Source: Glycera tridactyla (lineage: Eukaryota). From it: DNA of 64,000 nt. The notes under the pieces were generated by a model that saw only the letters and a list, made by a program, of their open reading frames with translations, did not search any database and was not told where the DNA came from. Shown here piece after piece: positions 1 through 12,967 of this stretch (positions within the stretch are counted from its first letter, which is position 1; each line of letters starts with the position of its first letter). Location of the stretch: contig OZ286466.1 of NCBI GenBank assembly GCA_965644265.1, positions 60,636,001 through 60,700,000 of the forward strand, read 5' to 3'. The position numbers and the translations under genes are program-made.

Positions 1-1573
1 AAAAGATATTCGTTTCCTAGAACCTTGTCTCACACCAGACCTTCTTGTGAGTAAAAAGACAATGATAATGACTTCTGCAGAGGGCGTACTTTCTAAATAT
101 ATTTACTCATGATAGAAGAAAGAATTCAACCAGCATTGTAGGCTTTGTCTGGTGGCGAGATAAATGAGCACTGTGAGAGCAAAAGATTGCGTAACTATGG
201 TTACATGGTCCCAGAATGTGCCAACATAATCATTTTCTGTAAACAGACCTAGCACGGTTATATATGGGGATCACTGCCCTCCTAATGTGCCTATATTCTC
301 AGTTGCCTGGTGACAAGCCTTTCACACCACCACCCGAGCTCTATCAGGAGGATGAAATGACAACTGACTATAGTCAAACCTGCTTGAGAGACTGCACAGG
401 CCACCTGTCCACAAAGGACAACCTGCGCTTTGACTGCTAGAGTATTTTCAACAGTGAAGGACCTCTCTACAAAGGCAACCTCTCTACAAATGCCGTTTTT
501 TACACATCTGAGGGTGGTGAATTGAGTACAGCTGAGCCTTTTCTGAGGCAGGTTGTCTTGTCAAGGAGCCACCTATTTTGATCAATCACTATGATTTACA
601 TGCCTTTTAGCAAGAAATTGGACCAACTGTGTAGATACTATTCACCAAGCTTATCATGGCAGCTGTCTGCAGCTGCTGTGTGTCTGTCTGTGTATCTGTC
701 TGTCTGTCAGTTCATGAGAGAGGGGGAAGAGGTACAGAGAGAAAGAGTCAGGGAGACAGAGGCTGAGGCAGAGAGAGAAGGAGGAGGATGGACAGATGAA
801 TGGACGGATGGACGAACAAACGGACGGACCACCAGACAGACAGACAAACAGTCAGACACTGCATGCCAGCTGAAGATAAAGAATGCCCTGATGGATGGTG
901 TCTCCAGATGCTCATCACAACATATCTGTCAAGGTCACATGAATGTCACGGAAACCACTTCATCATCATCAGCCAACATCCAGTCTAACCCTCAAACAAC
1001 GTTTGATCTCTGCTGTGCCAACAAAAGCCGCATAGTTCTCTGTTTCCGGCCAATATTCTCAGCTACAGGGATAGCAAAAGACATGAAGAGTATTCGGAGG
1101 AGATCAATTGCTCCTAATATTGCCACAACTCTAGCTGCAGAAATCTGAATCATTGAATGCTAGTCTGAGCGACATCAACAACCTTAGATACTGATAACAT
1201 TGATTGATCGAGTAGGGCTTAACATATCTTCAACCCGGTCAGGATTATTTGAGACTCATAAGTAGGGAGAGAAAGGGAGATGTGGAGAGGGAGAGAGATA
1301 GGAAGGTTCATTAGGAAAATTTCAACCCATGGTGATATTGTTTGATTGATTGTTCTGGTGAGGCATAGGCCCAGAATGATCAGCATCAAAACAGCACACA
1401 TTGATATTTCTTTGAAAATCATATGTTTGATACTAGTCTAAGCCACTTTTCAACTATCCTTCTTAATTATGGGGGAGGTAGGTGGAGAGAGAATCAACTG
1501 GCTCAATTACACTGTGACACAATTCATCCCCGTAGTTAAAGATAGCCATAATGTGACCAACTATAATTATATA

Positions 1574-1751
1574 CAGTCGAACCTCTCTATAAAGACCGCC
1601 TTCAGTCGCACCAAAAAGCGGTCTTTATAGGGAGGTGGTCTTTATAGAGAGGTCATTTACTGTTGAAAATACTACAACGGTCGCAGGTCAGGGTGGTCTT
1701 TATAGGGAGGTGGTCTTTATACAGAGGTGGTCTCTAGAGCAGGTTCGACTG
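1574..1751 (+). mobile_element. MITE family A (Tc1/mariner/pogo-type), full length
   Basis: TA|cagtcgaacct...aggttcgactg|TA; internal repeats of tatagagaggtggtct. Confidence 0.9.
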
Positions 1752-2181
1752 TAATGCAAACACTAAGGCCCACTGAATGAACACAATGCTGGGTCACTCA
1801 AGCATGAAGGTGAGAAATGAGTCTATGCATGACTGAGCATATGGTCTCCAAGCTAAACAAGTATGAATCATGTCATGATAGACTGAATGCTCAACTCATG
1901 GATGGAAACATGAAGTGAAGTGATACAAAATATGGATACAAGCGGCTCCATTCAACATTTCCATGACTGAAATTGTAGTCAGGATAGTTGAAAAGTGGTT
2001 AAATGTACCGATATCAGACGCTGATTGATATCCGACTTCCGTATGCACCGCTGAATATAGACCAACCTGAAAGATGCAATATTCATGGATGACAAGAGAG
2101 GAATATGGAGACAGAGACATGATGGCGATAAATTTCCTGAGGAAGAAGAGGAAGGAAGAATGTCATCAATAATGTACCAAC

Positions 2182-2282
2182 CCATGATTTGCGTCCAATG
2201 TCGGCTGCAGTATCATCGCGAATCGCCGCGATCGCCTGCTTCAAACTGTCGTCGTCTTGTAACTGTGCCTGCGTACTCATGG
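2182..2282 (-). CDS. Candidate coding exon (MSTQAQLQDDDSLKQAIAAIRDDTAADIGRKSW), loosely ADF-H/coactosin-like N-terminus
   Basis: Acceptor ttttcttgtgtgttgtag, then ccATG, 33 open codons and donor gttggt; locally CpG-rich. AIAAIRDD...W resembles the coactosin pattern AYNLVRDD...W from memory, not from a search. No following ADF-H exon was found in 1-2180. Confidence 0.4.
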
Positions 2283-2548
2283 CTACAACACACAAGAAAA
2301 GCCCCATCCATCAGCAACACTGTTAATCCATCTATTTCATTTCCCAATCCTTTGACCTTTGGTTGCTCAGATATTCAAATGTCGTTTGATTCATTCGCAG
2401 CCGCTGCTTCCTGTTTCACATTCACTCATGATGATGGGGACCTGGATAGTCAAGCAAGAAATGGAGAGAGTTTGCATGAATGAAATGCATGGCCAAATTC
2501 TTGTTTTTCACCCCTGACAATGGTCTTAACAGGTATGTGACACCATAA

Positions 2549-2764
2549 CAGAGCTCCAGATTGTTGATGGACCCAGGCCCGCGGCCCTTTTTATTTTGCC
2601 TTTTAGGCCCAACAATATCTCCTTCTAGAGGTCAGTGGGCCCAGGCTTTTCTGCCCATCAATCATAGATAAATAGGAAATGGCCTATCATCTTGACATAA
2701 GGTCCATGATTTTCCTAGTTCATGGACCACAGGGGCCCCTCACCTCAGAAAAACTGAAGCTCTG
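2549..2764. mobile_element. hAT-like MITE, 216 bp
   Basis: TIR cagagctccag / ctgaagctctg; TSD not recognisable. Confidence 0.55.
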
Positions 2765-2981
2765 TCATTACTGACTGATTGCCCTACATACACATGCACA
2801 TCCGTTCTCACATCATGTAAGTGAATAAATAGATAATTAAATAAATAAATAAATGAATCTCAGTCAAATACCATACACAGTGGACTTGCCACATCTTTTG
2901 TCCTTCTAATTTCTCATATGGGTTTTGCAGTAAATGACCAAGGAAAGATGACACATGCATGAAATAACTACATTTTATGCA

Positions 2982-3157
2982 CAGTGAAACCTGCTATGAG
3001 AGCCCGCCAAAAATGCCACCAAAGAGTGGTCTCTCAAAAGAGATGGTCTCTTGCCGGGGGTATTTTTGACTATGTTGAATATGAAAGTGCCCTAGAGGAA
3101 GTGGTCTCCCATCAAAGATGGTCTCTCATCAAGGGTCTCCCGTGGCAGGTTTCATCG
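2982..3157 (-). mobile_element. MITE family C (cagtgaaacctg TIR)
   Basis: TIR cagtgaaacctg / caggtttcatcg; interior similar to the reverse complement of 28316-28493. Confidence 0.75.
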
Positions 3158-4668
3158 TAGAAGAAAGACATTGCATGCAAACTAAAACCAACTCACACGA
3201 GGCTCTTATGAAGTGCACACTTCACACTGGCTCGATTGTAATACATATTAGAATAGGAGTGAGCATTAAACAATCTAAGCAAACAAAATCATGGTGAGTA
3301 GGAAGTTGTTAATGGCACCCAGAGTGCCTCATAAAAAGCACTGTTATGTCGGCAGGAATCAATAGTGCGGGGGATATCCATGTCATCTGCTAGTAACAAG
3401 GCTATAAAGAAAAGTAATGTTCCGTCAGTAGATAAGAAATAGAAATATCAAGTTGACCACCTCTTCAATCACAGAATGTCTACTAAATGGCCTGAGTCGA
3501 TCCCAGATCCCGATCACAAGAGTTTTTTTACGGAAATACTCGGCGGCAATATCTGGCAAATGACCGGATGGGGCTCGCATGATGAATGGTCAATAGCTGC
3601 CTCTGCTTCCTTCCAACGGACGCAAAATTTCACAAATATAAAATATACTTGAGCCTACCATATAGTGGTATTGGAGTTCAGTTTTCCACACCCAAATATG
3701 AGCTGAAAAACAAGTTGATTGACTGATCTGTGAGAAATACTTCTACCTTGCGAAGACTGATGTTAACAACGATATCCTTCACCATCCTGATCACTTGAAA
3801 ATGCCCAAAATACATGGGTGTCAATAAATAGTATCTAACCCATGTACATTGATGCTAATTACATGTTTGATCATCCTTGAGAATATCACAAAATTTTCAC
3901 CATAAGCATATGAGGACACTCTGCAGACAACTAGACACAACAATGGCGCCTAAATCACTATATGCAGGTCTTTTGTTTTTATCATGAAACACACGATCAC
4001 TTGGCTTTCCTTCAACTTTTCCGAGTAAGAGATCGCCTATCCATGGATTTAATACCCTAAATCATAGAGGTATACAGGCATGAAGATTGTATCACTCATA
4101 AGTCAGTGTGATGAAACTAGATATTGATGCTCGCAGTTGATTTTGGATCTCAGCAAACAATTATTTGAACCTCTGCGACCTCAATATCATGATCTCGACC
4201 TTGCTCACTATCAATGAGATAGGTCCAGATTAATTATTCCCAGTTTAAATGTAAGAAGTCATGGTTGTGATACGTGTCATCCAATGTATACATTGAAACC
4301 AATGACAAGAGACAACATCTGACAGGAGACCACTTATTTCAGGTATCAAAGCATATTTATCACCCTTATCTCTCAACCCAATGTGGGCCTTCTCTAATGC
4401 AAGAATAATAATTGATATACTATTGTACAGTTTCAAAAATTGCCCAACTGTCATGGCAAATCACTTTCAGGGATTCACACATGTCAACTGATAGATAGAC
4501 CTTCACAACAACCATGATTATGTGGTGTGTTTGATCACTGTGTCCTGATCAGTAGCATGTAATACACTTCCCACGGCTATTACATGCTACAATATACATG
4601 CAAACAATGGTGTGAATTACATGGAAAAATGATAACATCAGTATTCTGTTCTCCAACAGAAGGAATTA

Positions 4669-4846
4669 CAGTCGAACCTGTCTATAAAGACCACCTTTGG
4701 TCGCATCAAAAAGTGGTCTTTATAGGCAGGTGGTCTTTATAGAGAGGTCATTCACTATTGAAAATACCAGCACTGTCGCAGCTCAGGGCGGTCTTTATAG
4801 AGAGGTGGTCTCTATAGAGAGGTGGTCTTTAGAGCAGGTTCGACTG
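4669..4846 (+). mobile_element. MITE family A, full length
   Basis: TA-flanked, TIR cagtcgaacctg/caggttcgactg, highly similar to 1574-1751. Confidence 0.9.
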
Positions 4847-7419
4847 TATGTTATTACAAAGATGTGGGACTTGTCCCAATAAACATCATGTGCAATCATA
4901 ATTGGTGTAAGTGCTCTCAGTTGCTAACAGCTCCCTCAGAAGCAATTGTGACACCTGCATTTCTCCATCAGTTGTTAAGAACCAAACTACTTCATTTGTG
5001 AGATATAATTACTGTTGAAACTGGCTTCATAGGACAGGTGGCTTCTCAATGAGGTCCTTCAAAACAGGTGGTCTCCCATTTGGGAGAATTTCAGGCACAT
5101 TTCCAACAATAATCTGCCTCATTCCACAACAAATACATGCCCATGGTATTGATTACCAACTCTATATGATTGGAAGAATGTTCTGGAGTGAGTGAAAGTG
5201 ATACTGCATGTTGATCCAACTCCTAACTTGACCTAACAAAGATGGCAAAATAAGCCTTCCTGTGTACATGGTACCACCCATCTCTTGTTTCCAGAGAGCT
5301 TATACACATTAACTCCACTCTGGAATGTACACCTGAAGAGAGAACCATGGAAAGAAACCAACTTCTATATGGAGACCACTCTCCCAACACAACTTCACTA
5401 GCAAGTGTCACTAATCCAGCTGATGAGGCCTATGTAACAAGTGAGCTTAGAGATATTTACTGGATTCTATCATCAAACCTGTCCTAAGCAGCAATCGTGG
5501 GAGGCTAAAAAGTGGCTGGTTGGGGCATGTGGCTGCTCAGTACAGATGAATTAGAATGAAAAAACCTCCAGCTGGAAATTTAAAAGTAGCTGCTTAGGTG
5601 TGGTGGATACTTATTACTATGGCTGCTTAGGACAGATTAGGCTGTGATATCACTATCCTCACTAGCTTCCAGCAGAGTGAATGAGAACGCAACTAGATGG
5701 ATGAGCGATAAATTTGGCTGCCTAGTCGGAATGGCACCAGTGGAAGTTGTTCAAAATGGGGTCAAAAAAAGGTGACCTCATTTGCAGAACATCCTGGAAG
5801 CACGGGTTCTTTCAATTCTCATCCCTCCGCTGACAGTCAAGGCCAGTCAGACAAATGTGACAGTCAGACCCAGAGGCTCCTGGCCACTAGCCTTCACTCC
5901 ATCTTGACATGAAACCTTTTACATCATGACAAGTGGTCATCTTATGAGGATGCACTGAGAAGATACATCATACACTCTACGTCAACCACATGAGCATTAA
6001 TAACATCTGAATGCACTGTGCACTGCTGCTCTTTGAAGGAATGAAATGCTCAATGTTCATCCCAAGTATGGTTACTACTCTAATCTATATAGGCCTAATA
6101 GGCTGTATTACAATTCATGCTGGCCCCCTTCTTTACACATTCTGCTACATATAGACTTGATATTACAAGAATTTCATGGCTGTATATAACATTATATTTT
6201 TCAGTGATATGCGCACATCTTTGTTCAGTAATTTCAGTTCATGAATTAGACATCATCACCTAGCACACCAATATTATTTTTGGATTGGGTGGTCCACAAA
6301 TTGACACATCATTTCCACGCAGAATATTTTTACAAACATATCATGTCAAAATATATTTGGCAGATAAAATGATTAGGATGAATTTTGAAAGTTTCTTGAA
6401 GGCATAGATCCCTAAGAATCAACGAATGCCAACAAAAACTGGTCTCACAAAAGAGGTGGTCCCACATTGGAGGATATATTTGACTCAGTCATATAGACGA
6501 GGGGAAGGCAGGTGGTCTCTCATAGCAGGTTTCATTGTAGTGAATTTTATTTTTTCACTATTTCACTCAGTGTTAGCTTTCAAAACTTTAGCGACATCTG
6601 ATGGTATGTGGAATGGCCCTGGAAGATCCCACACACAGTAGTTTGTAGACGTCAACACGGAAATGAATCTAGCCTTAGCTCTGATAGGTTGCAGCTTAGT
6701 TTCTTTCAGCGAGAATGATGGCACTTCCGGACCAAGTCGATTGATCAATATGGATGAGGGGCTCTGCACAATCCATCAGAACTGCAGTTCAATGTCCCCT
6801 TCAAAATACCCACACAAAAAAAATACTGCATCAATCCGTTCACATTTGATTCGAAACTTTCTCTATCTGACTCACATCGGGGAGGTCTTAAAGACTATCA
6901 TGGAATGGGGGGTTGAATGAAAACATACCTTCAAAATTTTCTATCATCTATCTTTAGGCATTTTCTACCAAAATTGCACTATCACCAGATTTCTTTTTCT
7001 TGACCTCTTTCCTATCCCTCTAAGCTATTTCTTATTCCTTCAGTGAAATGGTCTCAGGTGTAGGTGGCTGATGGTTTGCCTGTAGCAGATATTGTCACTA
7101 TGCAAAACGCGGGTACCAGGCACACCAGTTCTGGGTTACTAGGGCTGCGACTAGGTTTACTAGGTTGTGTGATGGCATTGTACTGCAAGCATAGGGCAAG
7201 CCATGATTGTAAAGCTGGTTTGAAGTTGACAGTTCGTAATTGAAGACATTGTTTGAGTATTCTCCGAACCTAATGCTTTTCCTTGTTTCAATTACTGCGC
7301 TTTGCATAAAAAAAAAACCATAGCTATCAGGCTTGAATGTTAGCTTCCAGCCAGATACATAGTTAGATATGCCATCATCAGGTTCAATATGTCTTTTTGT
7401 AGAGTTAGAGTTGGTAGGG

Positions 7420-7601
7420 GTGTGTCTGAACCATCAGCTACTTCCACTTGACAACCTTTCAGGTTCCCCATCATCTTGTGTTCAAGGTTTGTGAGAGTGA
7501 TGTCTGCAGGGGAGAGACCATCTTTCATTAACCAGAAACACATGGCACACATAATCCTGTGGGTTGATACATGCTGTTAAGCCTCAAACAAACAAACAAA
7601 C
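7420..7601 (+). mobile_element. SINE/LINE-like 3' end with (CAAA)n tail; inverted relatives at about 23935-24030, 49655-49715, 55850-55980
   Basis: Shared cataatcctgtgggttgatacatgctgttaa(g/a)cctcaaa and ctgcaggggagagaccat blocks; tail caaacaaacaaac. Confidence 0.6.
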
Positions 7602-9023
7602 CTTTCATACATACATACATTTTTTTATCCGAACATTGTTCGAAAAAATTGGTATCACTGGAATCCCTGAAAGTTACTGAGGTGAGGCTGCTGATAACAC
7701 AAGGTAATCTGTCCATGAGCGAGTGCCTGCAGCTCCTGATAAGATGATCCATATCGTGGTGACAATGTGGTCATTCAGGGGTCCAGGGCTTCACTGATAA
7801 TGATTCCACTGTAATGTACACATATTTACCAGTCATACTGCAGGGCAGGGCCCTGCATTAACCTTTCTCTCTAGCGGTTTGAGTTGGTGAGGTGGGATTC
7901 TCACCTGCCCCATCAAACATTCCCACCTGCCCTCCTGCATATAGGAATAGGCTGCATCATGGTTGAGTACCTGCTATCAGCTGGCAGACTTGATAGAAAA
8001 TTTGATAGAAAATATAATTATGATTCCCCCGCCCCCCCCCCCCCCCCCCCTACAATCAATCTGCCTATAAGTGCCAGTGAGGCAGGCTTGCTTTGGTGAA
8101 GTCAACCTCCTAAAAAAGACAACCTCTGTAAAAAGACCACCTGCCTACACATAATAATGGAGAGATCAGGGCAATGATACTTTATAACTACCTCTCTAGT
8201 GACCACCTGTCAGCAAATCCCACCATCATACACCACCAAGATGATCTTTGTAGATGGGTTTCACTGTATTTCCATTCATGATTGAAGCCTGCCAGTGTGC
8301 ATGCTCAAATTTCATCCAGCTTCTATGGACAAATTACATACACCTATGTCCATTTCCGGGTGGTCAAAAGCGGACAGCATGCACCAATTGGAAGGGGACA
8401 AAAGTGGACACAGTAACCTGCTAAGGGAACCAATTTTCTCTCCAAAGGACACCTTTCTACAAAGATCACTTTGATGCAAGCAATGGTGGTCTTTTTAGGA
8501 GGTTTTGGCTATACTAGGTGCAGTTAGGCAATGCGCTAAGGAACAACACATCAGACTCAATGTTACTCCTAATTTCCTGGCCATTAAATCCCTGAACTCT
8601 ATAATCAGAATAAAACAAAAATTTTGGCACATGAGCTGAGATGATATCAGATGTCAAATGTTCAAAACAGTGTTCATACAGATGTCAGATCTCGCCGTGC
8701 AGCCACTGATGTTTGAATCTGTAAGATTAAACCTGACTAAAAACTGAATTCAAAAGTCAAATTTCAATTGTAACTTGAATTCACCAGAGTCTACTCACAA
8801 TGCATTCTTATTTCATGCCTTTTTTGCAGATTCAATTTACTTTGCACACTTAAGTATCCCAAATTTCCAGATTCCACTAACAATGCACACCTTTGTGACC
8901 CAAATTCCTGTGATTCCACTCACAATGCATACTTATGAAATTGTGCAATCACCTTAGAAATGAAAAAACTAAATTTCACTAAATAGAATAGCACCATTAG
9001 TAGGTAGGTTCAATGAGAATATT

Positions 9024-9243
9024 GCAAGACTATATCATGGCTGTGAAGTAAAAACGCAATACCAAACGAGGTGTAAATTTCACTGGATGTCACGAGGCTG
9101 TCCACTTTTGAGTGATATCTGGAGAAATTCACACTGAGTTCGCTTTTGCATTTTCACCTCATGGTCATATAGTCTGGCTATTATCATATGGATTAGGGGA
9201 GAGATCATGGAAAAGTAGTTCTCAACCAGCTGTGAAGTATCAC
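9024..9243. repeat. Palindromic repeat family D
   Basis: Reverse complement aligns with 35903-36109 including the single-copy flank gtgatacttcacagctg. Confidence 0.8.
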
Positions 9244-9434
9244 ACGCAAAACTCAAACCTGATACATCACTGAAAATGGCACATCCATGTGATAATGAAA
9301 ATCAGATAATCAGAGGTAGTTTGGGTAGCTCATCACATAAGACTGCTTGCTCCTACGCACGCAAGATGGATGGTGCCAAACTGACGACCCAGATTCAAAT
9401 TCATAACAAGAAATCGGATGTTTTCAACAATGTA

Positions 9435-9593
9435 CAGTTGAACCTCTTTTAAAGACCACCTCTCTATAAAGACCACCTCTATATGATATAGTATAGTATT
9501 TTCAACAGTAAATGACCTCTCTATAAAGACCACCTCCCTATAAAGGCCATTTCTGATGTGACCGAAGGTGGTCTTTATAGAGAGGTTTGACTG
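9435..9593 (-). mobile_element. MITE family A
   Basis: TA|cagttgaacct...aggtttgactg|TA, inverted relative to the 1574 copy. Confidence 0.85.
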
Positions 9594-9681
9594 TAATTTG
9601 CCTTTCCAAATGGTGCTTCGTGACTAGTTTCATTCTGAAGAGAATACATGTAGGTTTCTGTCAAATTCCATGTTTATTCAC

Positions 9682-9889
9682 CTCAGGATCTGACGCACCA
9701 CTGGAGGTACTGCACTAAGCCATATCTGATTCCAAATCCGATGCTCACACAAGTCTCTACTGTGAAGAAATGAGTATAATCTTGCATCAGCTTGGTTAGA
9801 TCGGTGAACAAATTCCTTGAGGCCAAAGGTCGATATGTGTACCAACTTTATCTTATGGAGGTGGTGCAGTTCTTGGTAATCCATGTCTA
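9682..9889 (-). CDS. Candidate 208-nt exon (DMDYQELHHLHKIKLVHISTFGLKEF...VVRQIL), unrecognised product
   Basis: Acceptor attttagcag, donor gtgaat, one frame open end to end; no family recognised. Confidence 0.2.
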
Positions 9890-10601
9890 CTGCTAAAATC
9901 TGTCATGCATAGCTACTGACTGGGCATCAGTCAAACCTGCTTGAGAGACCACCTGTAAATGAAGGCCACCTGCTTATGCAGTCCGCCAGCAATAGTACAG
10001 CAATTGATCTTTCTATGAAGGCCATCTCTCTATAAAATCACTTCTTGATGCAATGGAGGGTGGTCTTTGAAGACAGGTTTTTAATGTACCGCCAAATAAT
10101 TCAATGATTAAGAAAGTGTGGGGGAAAAGGGGTCAAGTTGGATTGATTTACGTATCCAATAATAGATCGGACACATACAATTGGAGAAACTGGGTTGACA
10201 CGACCTTGAAAAGGCTGACCTTCAACTGTCTTGTCCTACATGAACATGCCATCAGGTTCCTGAACCAGAATGCCCTCCATTGCATCCTTCCTGTGTACAT
10301 GGATGCTGGATCGATAGCCCAAAATGACCTCTAAATATTTTGCTTCTCGGCAAACATATTGTTGCTCTGACAAGATCATAGTCAAACAATTGAAGGCAGT
10401 TAGTGGATAAATGTTCAAATAACACCTTCTGTCCAGAATATTATGCAGTTGAATCTGCTCCATGCTCACCTCTGTACAATATCCATCTGCCTGTATAAAC
10501 CACCTCCAAACAAGAAATGTCTTCAAAAAGAAGACTGGTGGTCGATTTAAAGTGAAGAGGTGGTGATTTAACGAGTGAGATCCGCATGTATAGAACGAAA
10601 A

Positions 10602-11866
10602 CTAGGCCTGTAGGCCTGAAATGGTAAGTGGCAAGTGGATGAACTTGATGGTGGGGTGGTTAGCTAGTTGGTGGGTAGGTGGGTGGGTAGGTGGGTGTGT
10701 GGATGGGTAGGTGGGTTGGTACATAGGTGAGTAAGTGGGTGGTGGGTGGGTAGGTAGGTGGCTGGGTAGGTAGGTAGTGGTAGATAGGGGGTGGGTGGGT
10801 GGGTACCTGAGTGGGTGGGTGGGTGGGTGGGTAGTTGGGTGGGCAGGTTGGTCGGTTGGTGGATAGGTGGGTAGGTGGTGGTGGGTGGGTAGGTTGATGG
10901 GTGGATAGGTGAGTAGGTGGGTGGTGGGTGAGTAGGTAGTTTGGTGGGTGGGTAGGTGGGTGGGTGAGTGGGTAGGTGGGTGGGTGGGCAGCTGGTTGGG
11001 TAGGTAGATGGTGGGAAGGTAAGTGGGTGGGTAGGTGAGTGGGTGGGTAGTTGGGTAGTTGGGTGGGTGACTAGGTTGATGGGTAGGTGAGTGGGTGGGT
11101 AGGTGAACGGGTGTGTGGTGGGTGGGTAAGGGGTGGGAGGGTAGGTGTGTGGTGGGTGGGTAGATAGGTGTGTGGGTGGGTAGGTGGGTGGGTAGATAGG
11201 TGAGTAGGTGGGGTGGGGTAGGTAGATGTGCGGGAAGTTGGGTGGGTGGGGGCTAGTAGGTGGTGGGTATATAGGGGGTAGGTGGGTGGTGGGTGTGTAG
11301 GTGGGTGGCGGGTGGGTAGGTGAATGGATGGGTGGGTGGGTAGGTAGATGGGTGGTTAGGTAGGTGGGTGGGTAGTTGGGTGGGTAGGTTGGTGGGCAGT
11401 TGGTGGGTAGGTGGGTGGGTGAGTAGGTAGGTGGGTGGCAGGTGGGTAGGTTGGTGGGTAGACAGGTGTGTAGGTGGGTAGGTGGGTGAGTAGGTGGGTG
11501 GGTGGGTGGGTAGGTAGATGGGTGGGAAGGTAGGTGGGTGGGTAGTTGGGGGGTGGGTAGGTGGGTGAATAGTTGGGTGGGTACCTGAGTGGGTAGTTGG
11601 GTGGGAAGGTAGGTGGTGGGTAGTTGGGTGGGTGGGTAGGTATGTGGGAAGGTACGTGGGTGTGTAGGTGTGTAGGTGGGTAGGTGTGTAGGTAGGTAGG
11701 TAGGTGGGTGGGTGGGTGGGTGGGTGGGTGGGTAGTTAGGTGGGTGGGTAGGTGGGTGGGTGAGTAGGTGGGTGGGTGGGTGAGTGGGTAGGTAGGTGGG
11801 TGTATAGGTGGGTGGGTGGATAGGTGGGTGGTGGGTGGGTAGATAGGTGGGTGGTGGGTGGGTACG
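10602..11866 (-). mobile_element. Helitron-like element with a long GGGT/GGTA low-complexity body
   Basis: 52-bp unique terminus shared (2 mismatches) with 63067-63118, ending aggcct-ac-aggcCTAG|T. Confidence 0.6.
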
Positions 11867-11879
11867 GGGGCAGCTGTTT

Positions 11880-12967
11880 CGGCGATTGTCACCTGTCACT
11901 TTGCGGTCTCTGATCCCCGTACTCAGAGCTCCGAGTAAGCAGCGAGAAACATCGTCATACGTAACACTGACGTACCGGCGAATACGCGCATTATGACTCA
12001 TCGTGGCGATGAAATGAAGTCTTTCATATCCAGCTGTGTATAACCCATGTATAAATTGCGTGAATCCGTCGTATACTCGCAAGAAACAGTGAACTATCGA
12101 TTGAGTGGCAACTATTCCCTGCGCGCCATGTGCTTTGTTATGTTATGTCATGTTATGTTATTTGCTTGGAGCTCCGAGTACGGGAATCAGAGAGACCGCA
12201 TAGTGACAGGTGACAATCGACTTCCCCGGGAACCACTCTTCACGCCGCCGTGAGCCGACACATGCTGAATAGTGGCTTACCGGCGAATACGCGCATTATG
12301 ACTCGTCTTGCTGATATAATAAAGTTTTTCATATCCAGCTGTATATAACGCATGTATAAATTGCGTGAATCCGGGGTACAGTCGAACCTGTCTATAAAGA
12401 CCGCCTTTGGTTGCACCAAAAAGTGGTCTCTATAGGCAGGTGGTCTTTATAGAGAGGTCATTTACTGTTTAAAATACAACCATGGTCGCAGTTCGGGTGG
12501 TCTTTATAGAGAGGTGGTCTCTATAGAGAGGTGGTCTTTAGAGCAGGTTTGACTGTATACTCGCATGAAACAGTGAACTATCGATCGAGTGGCAACTTCC
12601 CTGCGCGCCATGTTTGCTACTTATGACGTCATGGAGGGGTTTCCCCAGTAATGACTCTGTCTTTGACCACTGTGTGTCGCTTTATATAAAAGGTTTTTTC
12701 TCTTGTCAACGTTCTCATGCTGATATGAATCTACAATATCCATGTTTGGCAGTATTTCATACTATCGCTGATGTTTTTCACACAAATCGCATATTTTTTA
12801 TTCAGTTTTAGTTTAATTCTGATGATTATATAGCAACTGTCTACAAATGGTTGTCCACTGACTGTGTGAGTTGAACGAAGTCAAATTGCTCCACAAAATG
12901 GACGGTAGTATTGTCTAGATTGAGTGGGAATCCCAAACCGAAAACAGTACCGTCTCCGACGGAAAAA
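11880..12967 (+). mobile_element. Repeat family B (CpG-rich, terminal hairpin + poly-A), rearranged copy
   Basis: Collinear with 59080-59836; ends ccgtc-tcc-gacgg-aaaaa; internal inverted and direct duplications. Confidence 0.8.
12379..12555 (+). mobile_element. MITE family A nested in repeat family B
   Basis: TA duplication confirmed by the empty paralogous site gaatccgtcgTAtactcgc near 12060-12080. Confidence 0.92.

Noticed and set aside
591-1148. 185-aa plus-strand ORF
   Set aside because: First half is translated microsatellite (ctgt, gaga, ggac); no recognisable domain.
4697-4882. Recurrent small ORFs containing VFIERSFTVENT...GGLYREVV (also 9333, 34944, 40203, 41430, 41929) and MKPVLGDPSFGRPPSNGR (28318, 57754)
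   Set aside because: They lie inside TA-flanked MITEs; the peptide similarity reflects DNA repeat identity, not a protein family.
7340-7552. ORFs sharing NLKGCQ(V/L)EVAD with 23978-24253, suggesting paralogous exons
   Set aside because: Both are antisense to a SINE-like repeat with a (CAAA)n tail present in at least four copies, and the frames diverge outside the shared block.
10664-12082. 472-aa and 178-aa Pro/Thr/His/Tyr-rich minus-strand ORFs (extensin/mucin-like appearance)
   Set aside because: Translation of a CCCA/CCTA tract that lacks stop codons by composition; it is open in more than one frame and belongs to a repeat.
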